Shown here piece after piece: positions 1 to 8,996 of a stretch of 64,000 nt of DNA; the first letter of the stretch is position 1; the number at the start of each line of letters is the position of its first letter. This DNA is from Ginsengibacter sp. (lineage in GTDB: Bacteria; Bacteroidota; Bacteroidia; Chitinophagales; Chitinophagaceae). The stretch lies in NCBI GenBank assembly GCA_039918315.1, contig JBDSHT010000010.1, forward strand, positions 8,355-72,354, in the 5' to 3' direction. Below the pieces are notes generated by a model. It did no database searches. It was not told where the DNA came from and was given only the letters and a program-made list of their open reading frames with translations. Made by a program: the position numbers and the translations under genes.

Positions 1-1281
1 ACTTGGCACAGGACTTGCATCTTTTGTTCCCGGCGCCAGTGCAGTTGTTATCGTATGCCTTCCCATTAAAATGTCAAGAGGATTTGACATGTCTGTAAAC
101 TCTTTGTGCGATTTATTCCCGCTGGTAAAATGAAATGGTTTTGTTTCAAAATCATTTCCGTCAATATATCCTTCATTCCCACGGTCCACTTTAAAGTAAG
201 GCAGGTCATTGGCTTCAATTGCCTTGAATCCCATTTGCGAAACGTAACTAATGGCGCTGTCAAATAAATTTCCTTCAGTAGTTACATCAGGAATATATCT
301 TGCCGGATCTTTCACCCATTTACCTTTGATGGTAGGATGCGGCAAACCTTCTGACAAAACAATATTTTCAATCACATCTAAAAGAGCAATGCTATCTGGA
401 CTTCCCCATAACGCAATCGAAGATCCGATGAAATCCATGCCAGGCAAAGCTTGCACCTCCTGATGGTTGGGTTCATCATTTTTTAAAAAAGGAATCAATG
501 AAAACAAAATATTTCTTTTTTGACTTCTGTCCCTGGCGTGGTAAGTAACAGAAATTCTTCCTTTATTATCGACAGTTGCTGTATTTCCATAAAGAATTCT
601 ATAATATTCTTCGGGGTGAGAATAGAAGGCAACATCACTGATTCCATCTCCGCCTATTGGAAATAACTGACCTTCGTGCAGATCAAACGGCAGTGGAAAA
701 CGCTTGGAATCGGGTGTATGAATCACATATTGGAAAGCGGCTGCATCTCCTTCGGTGGTTGAATTTCCGCCGATTGTTATATCATTCAAAGCCAATGCTC
801 CAATGGCATAATTAACCGCTTCTGAAGTGTCTCTTGCCACACCAATAACTTCCCCAAACAAATTGGTAATATTGGTATTAAATGAGCCCCACTGAATATC
901 GTCTATGCCTTCCCGTTGGGTAAGAGATAGCAAAGTGAATTTGAAATATTTTTTATACACACCGACTGCCACTTTAGCTTTAGAACCATTGCTATACCTG
1001 AGTGTAATAATTGTATTATTATTTTCAAACGTTGCCTTCTGTGGTTCATAAAACTTTTTTTTACTAGTACTGTAAAGGCACATTAATGGAGAAGGCTTAT
1101 CATTGATGCTAAACTCCCGGAAAGGTTTTCCAGTAATGTTTTTCATACTTGTAATAAAACCTTTCTTGTTAATTTGAATTTTAAAATAATCAGTTGATAA
1201 ATTTAATTGAGAATATGCTGTATTAATGGTTATGTAACTAATGCAAAACAACAGAGCGATAATTCTTTTTGATTGGAACAT
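1..1281 (-). CDS. Large secreted protein of unknown function, runs off the left edge (partial)
   Basis: Read manually: ATG at 1281, MFQSKRIIALLFCISYITINTAYSQ signal peptide, open frame to position 1; absent from the ORF track because there is no stop in the window. Confidence 0.8.
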   Translation of the reverse strand, partial: MFQSKRIIALLFCISYITINTAYSQLNLSTDYFKIQINKKGFITSMKNITGKPFREFSINDKPSPLMCLYSTSKKKFYEPQKATFENNNTIITLRYSNGSKAKVAVGVYKKYFKFTLLSLTQREGIDDIQWGSFNTNITNLFGEVIGVARDTSEAVNYAIGALALNDITIGGNSTTEGDAAAFQYVIHTPDSKRFPLPFDLHEGQLFPIGGDGISDVAFYSHPEEYYRILYGNTATVDNKGRISVTYHARDRSQKRNILFSLIPFLKNDEPNHQEVQALPGMDFIGSSIALWGSPDSIALLDVIENIVLSEGLPHPTIKGKWVKDPARYIPDVTTEGNLFDSAISYVSQMGFKAIEANDLPYFKVDRGNEGYIDGNDFETKPFHFTSGNKSHKEFTDMSNPLDILMGRHTITTALAPGTKDASPVPS

Positions 1282-1340
1282 GTCCCTATTTTATTTTAAA
1301 ATTTTAAGAGTAAAATACATCTACTTTAATTCGATATCAG

Positions 1341-3026
1341 TTAGTTGGGCATAGGATTCTCTCCAATAAAACGAAACCAATTGAAATCGGCATATCCACC
1401 ATTACCCTCGTTTCTTGTGCTGAAATTAAACAGAGCAAATCTGTTGGCCGTCCAGTCATAACCCAAGGCCATTTTTAATTGGTTACCCAGTGGAATAAAT
1501 TTGTTCCCGTCAATGCTATATGAAAATGTAGCGATGAAAGATTTATCAGTTGCGTTGGCGCGGATCCATATTTTGTTTGGCATAAAGTGATCAATGCTAT
1601 CTATAACTTTTCCATCGTTTACCATCACCAAACATTTCTTATCACCTTCCTTTTTTACAGCGATGTAAGCATACGGAGATTGAAAAATTCCAAAACCTGC
1701 TACGTTACCATCTTTCAATCCTGTAATATCTAATTCAACTGTTCCCTCTGATGCAGGCCCCTGAACTCTCTGTGTGAGCGTATTGCGAGCCGTTGTTAAG
1801 TCATTGGCGAATGATGCATGTAAACGAAGAGTACCCTTTCTTTCTTTTAGCGACCATTTTTTATTATCGGGATTATGATTCCATTGCCATTGTAATCCAA
1901 GAACCGGAATATTAAATTCATCGGAAGTCGCGGGAACAGTAACAGGAAAAGTTTTTCCAACATTTGGTTTTTTATTGACCACCACTCCTTTAGCATTTCC
2001 ATCTTTGCCCAACATAGGCCAACCATCTTTCCACGTTACCGGTACAAGGTTTGGAACTCTTCCAATGGGACCTCTATCCTGCATAATTATAAACCACCAA
2101 CTTCCATCTTTGAGTTGTACCATACCACCCTGATGCAATCCATTATTGGGATATGAAGATTCATCCTGCACAATTATTTTGCTTTCGTAAGGCCCATAAA
2201 TATTTTTACTTCTAAAGCACATCTGCCATCCTTCGGTGCCTCCAGCCGGGCAAGTGATATAATAATAACTGTTGATCTTATACATGTGCGAGCCCTCCAC
2301 ACCATAATTAGCAGGCGGAGCAGTCGAGCCCGCTGGAACGGGAATCCTTTTATCCCAAATCAATTTATTGTCTCCTTTTACAGAAAGTGCATCACTTGAA
2401 AGTTCAGTCACATACAATTTTCCTTGCCCATGCACTACATAGCATTTACCATCATCATCGAAAAATAAGCCCGGATCATACAGGTACTCCGGGAAGATGG
2501 TACGGGTCCAGGGACCATCTATATCTTTGGCTGTGCACATAGAAAAATTACCTTTTTCCTTATCCCAATTCGGAGTACAAAAGCCAACATAAAACAAACC
2601 ATTATGATGCCTGATGGTTGCTGCCCACGAACCTCTTAGGTACATGTTACCACCTTCAAAATTATAGCGTGGATCTTCTTCAAATTTATCCACGGCATAA
2701 CCTGCCATTTCCCAGTTGATTAAATCTTTTGATTTTAAAATTGGACAGCCGGGTACATAATGCATACTTGTGGAAACAAAGTAAAATTCATCACCTACCC
2801 GAATCACATCAGGGTCGGGCCAATCGCCCCAAAGAAGTGGATTTTTATACGTTCCATTTCCATTATCTGCTTTCCAAACTTTTTGAGAAGTGGTAACTTG
2901 TGTTTTTATAAACTTCTTCTGCCTGACCTTGCCATTAGTTCGACTCTGTGCAACTGTAGTCATTCCATTAAACCCCAGTAACAATAAAGAGTAGGTCAAT
3001 AACCGCAGCCAGTTTAAAGAATTCAT
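1341..3026 (-). CDS. GH43 beta-xylosidase/arabinofuranosidase-like with C-terminal ConA-like domain
   Basis: NPLLWGDWPDPDVIRVG, YDPGLFFDDDG, EGSHMYK, HQGGMV motifs; LQWQWNHNP C-terminal domain; signal peptide. Confidence 0.9.
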   Translation of the reverse strand: MNSLNWLRLLTYSLLLLGFNGMTTVAQSRTNGKVRQKKFIKTQVTTSQKVWKADNGNGTYKNPLLWGDWPDPDVIRVGDEFYFVSTSMHYVPGCPILKSKDLINWEMAGYAVDKFEEDPRYNFEGGNMYLRGSWAATIRHHNGLFYVGFCTPNWDKEKGNFSMCTAKDIDGPWTRTIFPEYLYDPGLFFDDDGKCYVVHGQGKLYVTELSSDALSVKGDNKLIWDKRIPVPAGSTAPPANYGVEGSHMYKINSYYYITCPAGGTEGWQMCFRSKNIYGPYESKIIVQDESSYPNNGLHQGGMVQLKDGSWWFIIMQDRGPIGRVPNLVPVTWKDGWPMLGKDGNAKGVVVNKKPNVGKTFPVTVPATSDEFNIPVLGLQWQWNHNPDNKKWSLKERKGTLRLHASFANDLTTARNTLTQRVQGPASEGTVELDITGLKDGNVAGFGIFQSPYAYIAVKKEGDKKCLVMVNDGKVIDSIDHFMPNKIWIRANATDKSFIATFSYSIDGNKFIPLGNQLKMALGYDWTANRFALFNFSTRNEGNGGYADFNWFRFIGENPMPN

Positions 3027-3101
3027 CTATATCAATTTTTGAAACCTCTTCTTAGTGTTTTAAAGTATTTAATGGTAATTTTTATTGCGATTCAATTTAC
3101 C

Positions 3102-3914
3102 TTATAGGTTGTTCGAACTAACAACTTTATAAATAGCTTTCACCCAAAATTCACTTAGCTTAATAGCACCCTTCTTATTTGGATGAAGAAAAAATATACC
3201 GGCTTGTCCTGATTCGGGCGTAAGTAAGGAAAAGCGCTCTTTGAAATAATCGAAAGCGGAGGTATCGCCCTTAAAGATGTGTCCTGCGTGTGATACTCCA
3301 AAAGAATTTACAACCGAATCAATTTCGGGAAAATAACTTTGAAGCCGGGCCAGACCCGCTGCCAGATACTCTGATCTATTATAAGTATTGGGACTATACC
3401 AAATAGGTCGATTAATGACAATTTTACATTCCGGATAGCGATGCAAAAGTTCTTCAATAATAGCACTTAAATTCACCCTATAATCGCTTTGAGAAACGGG
3501 AGCACCAGTTGGTCCTTTAATCGCGCTGTCGTTTGTTCCAAGCATAATGGAAAAAATAAGGAGTGCTGATTTATGGTTACTCAAAAGAGAATCAGCACCT
3601 CTGATAACCCTACTAAATGGAGATCCTGACGAGGGAAGAAAATCAAGAGTTGTACAGCCATTATATCCCTGATTGGAGAATTCAACATGCCCATTCCGAA
3701 TTCTTTTACTTAAGAGTGAGCTGGTAATTACCGGAGGAGCTTCAGTTTCACGATGCTCAAGATTAGACCCATAGGTAATACTATTTCCGATATAGACAAT
3801 GGCTATATCCTTTGCATCCAAGGCCTTTTGGGCACTCAACTGAGATGAAAAAAAACTCAATGAAATAGCAAATAATAAAGATAGAATAACCGGTTTTTTG
3901 AGGGCTTTGACCAT
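3102..3914 (-). CDS. SGNH/GDSL hydrolase (esterase)
   Basis: GNSITYG, LGTND, LHPN blocks; signal peptide. Confidence 0.85.
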   Translation of the reverse strand: MVKALKKPVILSLLFAISLSFFSSQLSAQKALDAKDIAIVYIGNSITYGSNLEHRETEAPPVITSSLLSKRIRNGHVEFSNQGYNGCTTLDFLPSSGSPFSRVIRGADSLLSNHKSALLIFSIMLGTNDSAIKGPTGAPVSQSDYRVNLSAIIEELLHRYPECKIVINRPIWYSPNTYNRSEYLAAGLARLQSYFPEIDSVVNSFGVSHAGHIFKGDTSAFDYFKERFSLLTPESGQAGIFFLHPNKKGAIKLSEFWVKAIYKVVSSNNL

Positions 3915-3970
3915 TTTATAAATATTTTATTAAATGTACTTTATATTTTATTGGAAGTAGCTTAAATGAA

Positions 3971-3997
3971 AAAAGGTTCCAAACTAATGAAACCTTT
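3971..3997 (-). terminator. Possible intrinsic terminator downstream of the tRNA remnant
   Basis: Imperfect hairpin aaaggtt...aaccttt followed by a T run on the minus strand. Confidence 0.35.
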
Positions 3998-4010
3998 ACT
4001 CCTCTTGTCG

Positions 4011-4052
4011 TGGGCCCACCAGGACTTGAACCTGGGACCACCTGATTATGAG
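4011..4052 (-). mobile_element. att site: 3' half of a tRNA with CAT anticodon (probably Ile2)
   Basis: Minus strand CTCATAATCAGGTGGTCCCAGGTTCAAGTCCTGGTGGGCCCA covers the anticodon loop, T-arm and 3' acceptor strand; no D-arm or 5' half; lies next to an integrase fragment. Confidence 0.85.
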
Positions 4053-4069
4053 AATTAAAATTGCCCTTT

Positions 4070-4200
4070 TTACTCTTACCTATTCTTACCTAACTTGCCT
4101 GAAACACTTACCAGTAAAGGGTTTTGTTGAAAAAAAATTTCTAACTTTACTACACTTATTTCCATTTTACGTACAATTATTTGCAAATTGTTTGCAAATT
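4070..4200. repeat. Short direct repeats beside att (putative integrase arm or Xis sites)
   Basis: TCTTACCTA twice near 4074-4092; TTTGCAAATT at 4180-4189 and 4191-4200. Confidence 0.45.
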
Positions 4201-4259
4201 ATTCCGCACAATTCGGCTAATATTTGATTCCCATTTTCCACAATCTTAATTTTCATCCC

Positions 4260-4649
4260 ATGATTACAGTAACGACTTCCCACGACTTGCGAAGAATGAA
4301 AAAAAACGGTTTGTATCCTGTGAAATTAAGAGTTACTTACAATCGCAGATCAAAATATTTTGAAACTGGCATTCAATTATCAAAAGAAAATTTTGACAAA
4401 CTTTCGTCTAAACATTTAGGGAAAGACCTAGTCTTAATAAAGAAAGATCTTGTTGAAATGGAAGGCAAAGCCAGCATTATAATTAAGTCAGTAAAGCCAT
4501 TTAATTTCCCGGTTTTTAGTGAAAAGTTTTCTCAAAAAAAACACTCAATAATTGTCAGACTTCGTTCAATTTATAATTTTTTTCGACAACAACCGACTTT
4601 GATATTAGTGCAAAGAGGTATCGGAAATAATTATCTTTTTAACACTTAG
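4260..4649 (+). pseudogene. Truncated tyrosine integrase (N-terminal Arm DNA-binding domain only)
   Basis: DLRRMKKNGLYPVKLRVTYNRRSKYFETG is typical of Bacteroidota integrase Arm domains; no catalytic R-H-R-Y domain follows. Confidence 0.8.
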
Positions 4650-4831
4650 AATTAAAAGTTTTCGAAAAGTAATGCATTATTTATACTGGCAATATGCCTC
4701 AGTTCAAAAAGCAACATAACAGAAAAAATAAAAGTGGAGCAACAAAATAAAAATGTTGCCAAATCTTGTCAGATCTATAACCTTTCTTAACCCCTGTTCG
4801 TTCTCTCCTGTGGATGACATGTTTCACTTTT

Positions 4832-6118
4832 TTAATTGTTATAAATATGGATTACGTTGCTTACGTTTTCTCTTCTTTTTTTTAGAAGATTCAATGCGTC
4901 ATTATTGTTGTTCGGATATTCGGGTTCTAACAATCCTTCCATAAGATTTGTCGTTGTTGCTGGATTTGAATTGTCTTTCTGAAAAGATTTATTAATCCCA
5001 GAATCTTTTTGGTTTTTGTCTGATAAATTGATTGGACTCAAATTTGGATTAGCACCGATTTCTTGCGAAGAATTAAACTGTCTTTCTAAGGATGTAGCAC
5101 TATAACCTTTCCCCAAATCACTTCCATTAAAAACACACTTACTTTTAATATCTACGAAGGTGATTCCGTAAATCCTTCCTGCGGGATTCTGACGTAAAAC
5201 GGTATGGATTTGTTTTTGTTCCAGGTCAGTCATGAATTGTCTCAGACTGTATGGATTTTTTGTTAAACAGTCATCCAATATTTTTTTTGTCTTTGGCTTT
5301 AGTGACTGTTTTAGATTTCCGTTTTCCAAAAACTTTATTTCCAGATTTTTTAAGATCGGTTTACACCACAATGAACTTGCTTTGATGGGTACTCCAACCT
5401 TATTTCCATTCTCATCCAGTATCCGGTAAACCAGTCCTCCTTTTTTATAAATACGTCCTTCTTCTTTTCCTCTTTCTGCAACAACATTGAACTGTTTTAA
5501 TGCTGCATTAAACTCTGGTAAGGAAGCAAACTTGTATTGATTAAAAACGACAGAAACAATGTTTGAAATAGTTTGTTTAGTTTCATGTTTTCCGTAACTA
5601 GCTTTCTCAATTTCAACAGGTCTAATTTTTTGTGAAACAGTTTTCGTTTGCTGTTCGGCTTTTACAAGTCCATATATTTTTTCAATTTCTTTCCGTGCTT
5701 TTTCTGATTGATTTCTTCCAATGTTGTGCGTATTGATCCTGCTTCCATCTTCCTGAATAGTAGTGCTCACAATATGGATGTGTGGATGCCCCGCGTCCTG
5801 GTGTTTGTAAACCAAATACGGTTGTCCGGCAAAGCCGATTTTTGTCATGTAATCAGAAGCAATATTTACCAGGTTTATGTCACTCAATTTTTCGGCAGGA
5901 CTAAAATTTAAGGACACGTGAAGTGTTTTTATTGTGGCTCTTTCATTCAATTCATTGAGCCGGTTAAAACCTTCTAATTTTTGATAGAAATTTAAGTCGG
6001 TCGCTTCATGCAAAAAATTTCCAGCAAGCAAACAAACGGCTTTTGCTTTCTGCACTTTTTTTTCATTATAATTGAGTGCCGCTTCTATTCTTTTTGGGAA
6101 GGTTATTTTTGTAACCAT
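4832..6118 (-). CDS. Relaxase/mobilisation nuclease (MOBP-like)
   Basis: ALNYNEKKV, TLHVSLNF, HQDAGHPHIHIVS (HUH), RIYGITFVD, VFNGSDLGKGYS. Confidence 0.9.
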   Translation of the reverse strand: MVTKITFPKRIEAALNYNEKKVQKAKAVCLLAGNFLHEATDLNFYQKLEGFNRLNELNERATIKTLHVSLNFSPAEKLSDINLVNIASDYMTKIGFAGQPYLVYKHQDAGHPHIHIVSTTIQEDGSRINTHNIGRNQSEKARKEIEKIYGLVKAEQQTKTVSQKIRPVEIEKASYGKHETKQTISNIVSVVFNQYKFASLPEFNAALKQFNVVAERGKEEGRIYKKGGLVYRILDENGNKVGVPIKASSLWCKPILKNLEIKFLENGNLKQSLKPKTKKILDDCLTKNPYSLRQFMTDLEQKQIHTVLRQNPAGRIYGITFVDIKSKCVFNGSDLGKGYSATSLERQFNSSQEIGANPNLSPINLSDKNQKDSGINKSFQKDNSNPATTTNLMEGLLEPEYPNNNNDALNLLKKRRENVSNVIHIYNN

Positions 6119-6498
6119 TGGTCATAAAGTTGATTTATTCGCAATTTTATTTCCTCCACTTTTTCCACAAGTTTTTTGTGCAATATTTCGTAATGGGAAA
6201 TCCACTCTCTGAATTCAGGAATCTTATCAAGTATGTGAAGTTTGTGCACGGCTTGATTGAAATTATTTCCGATTCCATTTAAATCTTTTTTGAGTTCCAA
6301 CATCTGCTTTAAAAAATCGTCAGCAGACTGGTTACGGTATTTTACGATTACCGGTTTTTGCATGGATACCTTACGGATGTATTCACTTAAACTTCTTTCC
6401 GTAGTTTGCAGCTGTTTCGTTTTTACCTGATTCAATTCGCGCTCATTCATGCGAACTTTGATAAAGATTTTCCGCACCTCATTTTCCTGCTTCTTCAT
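6103..6498 (-). CDS. mobC: MobC-like relaxosome accessory protein
   Basis: Ribbon-helix-helix-like IKVRM..SLSEYIRK and IGNNFNQAVHKLH; overlaps the relaxase start; likely start MKKQENE at 6498. Confidence 0.85.
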   Translation of the reverse strand: MKKQENEVRKIFIKVRMNERELNQVKTKQLQTTERSLSEYIRKVSMQKPVIVKYRNQSADDFLKQMLELKKDLNGIGNNFNQAVHKLHILDKIPEFREWISHYEILHKKLVEKVEEIKLRINQLYDQWLQK

Positions 6499-6559
6499 AA
6501 TCGTTATGTATTTTATTAATGTTCTAAAACAATGTCCCGAAACGACTCGGGAGTGGAAG

Positions 6560-6598
6560 GGCAAGATTTCAAACGTGGTAACGTTTGTACATCTTGCC
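6560..6598. promoter_or_regulatory. Putative oriT inverted repeat
   Basis: GGCAAGAT-tt-CAAACGT-ggta-ACGTTTG-tac-ATCTTGCC just upstream of mobC. Confidence 0.6.
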
Positions 6599-7115
6599 GT
6601 GTGCAAGACTCAGCACACTATCGCCTTGTAACATCTTCCAATATTGATTCTACAGAAAAAAAAAGAGATTAAAATAGCCTTGTAAGATGTAACAGAATAA
6701 CTCGCTTTTGAAATCAAAAACGGCGCTCCTTTTGAATAATCTTTCGTTTGCATCACTGATCGTTTTCACTTTAAGATTCCTGACTGATTAAAGGTAAATC
6801 CATTGGTTACTTTTTGCAATACATGGCAGCATTTCAGTCAGGGTAAAGAATGGCATATGCTACAATTTCAAATTATAGATATCAAAACGTGTAACCATTG
6901 CTATGTTTTTTTCGTATCTATTTTCTGTAAATTCAGACAGTGAATTATAATTTATTTCTAAAAAAAATCATCACATTTTAGAATAAAAAGCGAACCGGTT
7001 TATGCCGGAATTTCACGGCATTATCAGCAGCCTGAAAACGAATTTCGAAGTAGAATTTATAGAAAGAAATTTCTTGCGGACTCTTCGGGAATTTTTAATT
7101 TTTTCTGGATTATAA

Positions 7116-7319
7116 TTACGGGTTTCGGGAGTTAGCTTTTCCAAAATTGATCAGCCAATTATTGAAATCTTTATGGTGTTTGTACAGATTGCTTTCGTCA
7201 GTGTATCGTTCACTTATTGACAAAGCATACTGACTAAATTTATTGCCGGTTTCATCCCTGTCTAAATACAATTTTATGGATGTATGTTGCTCGATTTCTT
7301 TTTGCCAAATTTGTCCGCA
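7116..7319 (-). pseudogene. C-terminal remnant of a toprim/primase-like gene
   Basis: Manual translation IEQHTSIKLYLDRDETG...YTDESNLYKHHKDFNNWL (toprim DxD and KDxNxW); no start codon. Confidence 0.7.
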
Positions 7320-7538
7320 TTATCTAATGGAATTAGTCTTTCTTTTAAGTATCTTAGTAAAGCAATGAACAAATCGATTCTTCTTTTACAATGTTAATTT
7401 TCGGTGCAAGTTTACATTGCCTGTTGGGATTATGAACCCATCTGAAAATTACACTTTGACTATTTGCTTTTTGCAAAAATTCTCCTAACCTACAATCATT
7501 GAAAAGCATCGCAAAATCTATGAGATTTTCTCTCCTTA

Positions 7539-7904
7539 CTAAGCCGTCATCTTCCGATTGTTTAGCATCTTGATGGCTGTGTCCACATGCAATTTTCCAT
7601 TCCCGTGAAACTTGATACTGTTTACATGAAAGGTCAAATTTGCCTTTGGTTCTCCCTGCTGATCCTTGTAAGCATTTACGCCAATTCTGCCAGAGAGCTC
7701 CACCAGATTGCCCTTCGTTACATGTTGCGCTATTTCCGGTTTTATCCAATAGGCGCATTGAAAATAATTGGTAATGATTACCTTTTCAAAATTGGCTTTG
7801 GGTTTAAAAGAATCATTCACAACGATGCTAAAATTGACTACTTTTCTTTCGTCTTTTGTTGTGGTAACAATCGCATCTTTTGTTACTCGTCCGATAATTT
7901 CCAT
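7539..7904 (-). CDS. ssb: Single-stranded DNA-binding protein (mobile-element type)
   Basis: MEIIGRVTKDA...VVNFSIVVNDSF...YFQCAYW...KGNLVELSGRI, OB-fold pattern. Confidence 0.85.
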   Translation of the reverse strand: MEIIGRVTKDAIVTTTKDERKVVNFSIVVNDSFKPKANFEKVIITNYFQCAYWIKPEIAQHVTKGNLVELSGRIGVNAYKDQQGEPKANLTFHVNSIKFHGNGKLHVDTAIKMLNNRKMTA

Positions 7905-8015
7905 GATTGTAATTTTTAAAGTTTAAAAAAAAAATTGCTGGTGAACAGGAAGAAAGCCTTTTTTTAATTTGACATTGAGACTACGACCGGTTCGTTAAAA
8001 TCTTAGTAACCCGGC

Positions 8016-8191
8016 CTTGAAAAAGGATTAGGAAAAGCAAGGTTTTTGGAAAAAATATTTTTGACTGTGGAATAAAAAGCAAAGCGGTTTATGCCGCAAA
8101 AGCAAAAAGTGAAGCGTATATTTTTTCAAAACCGGTGGCAAGTCCCGATGGTAAGCGGGATGCAGACCTTGCTTTTAATAATCCTGTCAAG
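8016..8191. promoter_or_regulatory. Nested inverted-repeat structure upstream of ssb
   Basis: AGGATTA/TAATCCT, AAAAGCAAGGT/ACCTTGCTTTT, GAAAAAATAT/ATATTTTTTC, GCGG/CCGC and TCCCG/CGGGA pairings. Confidence 0.6.
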
Positions 8192-8996
8192 AAATTTGCG
8201 GAAGATGAGAATGAATTAGGAAAGACTAATACTCTTATATATTCTGAAACAAAGGATAATTTTCTTTAAACAAAGTTCTGTTGACTTCATCATTTTGAAC
8301 TTTAATAAAATCTCGTTTGATGTAATCAAAGTATGCTGCTTTCCTTAAAGCTGAATACTTCAATGCTCTTTACAAACACTGCTTTCCGAAGTATGAAGGA
8401 GTGGGGTGTGGAGTATCCATTACGTTAAATGCATTTGAACTTTATTGATTTGCGCTCCAAACAATTATTAGGCTTAAATTATTTTTAAAAAAGTCCATAA
8501 TAGGTAGTTACAGGCTTCCTGATGTGAATTTTCCAGTTAAACTTTCGGTATGATGGGCGTCTGGAAGCAGAGAGAGTGTGCCAGGGCGGTCGACAGAAAA
8601 AATTAAATAATTGACGAAACTATCCTCTTTTTTGTTACCAACATTTTACCAAAATACATACATACAAAATGGGAATAAAAATCCTGAATTTTTTACAATA
8701 AAACACTGAAAAAATTAGAGGAGAAGTTAATTTTGGCAATCATTCAGGAATAATAAAAACAATAAAATTAGTTGTCACTTTATTGCCAAGTGAGCATATT
8801 GAAATTTAATAAATAATACCCGTCAATTAAGGATCAACTTAACACTGTTTAACAAAAACAGCTAGAATTGACGATACTTTTTAAAATTGACTCAACACTT
8901 AAATGTAATCCAAATTATATTTATCAATAGTAATTTTCTGCACTTCTATTTTAAACACCAATTGATTAATTCCGGCTTTGCAAATAGCATTAGCGA

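Noticed and set aside
4011-4052. Functional tRNA gene
   Set aside because: Only the 3' half is present; the sequence beyond the anticodon loop has no D-arm or 5' acceptor strand
6499-6606. N-terminal extension of MobC in the ORF track
   Set aside because: It overlaps the oriT-like repeat; MKKQENE at 6498 is the more plausible start
7354-7919. Alternative ORFs of 134 aa and 110 aa
   Set aside because: Overlap ssb in other frames and show no recognisable motifs
8200-8990. Long intergenic region as ncRNA or gene
   Set aside because: Only short frames and no convincing structure or repeat found by eye
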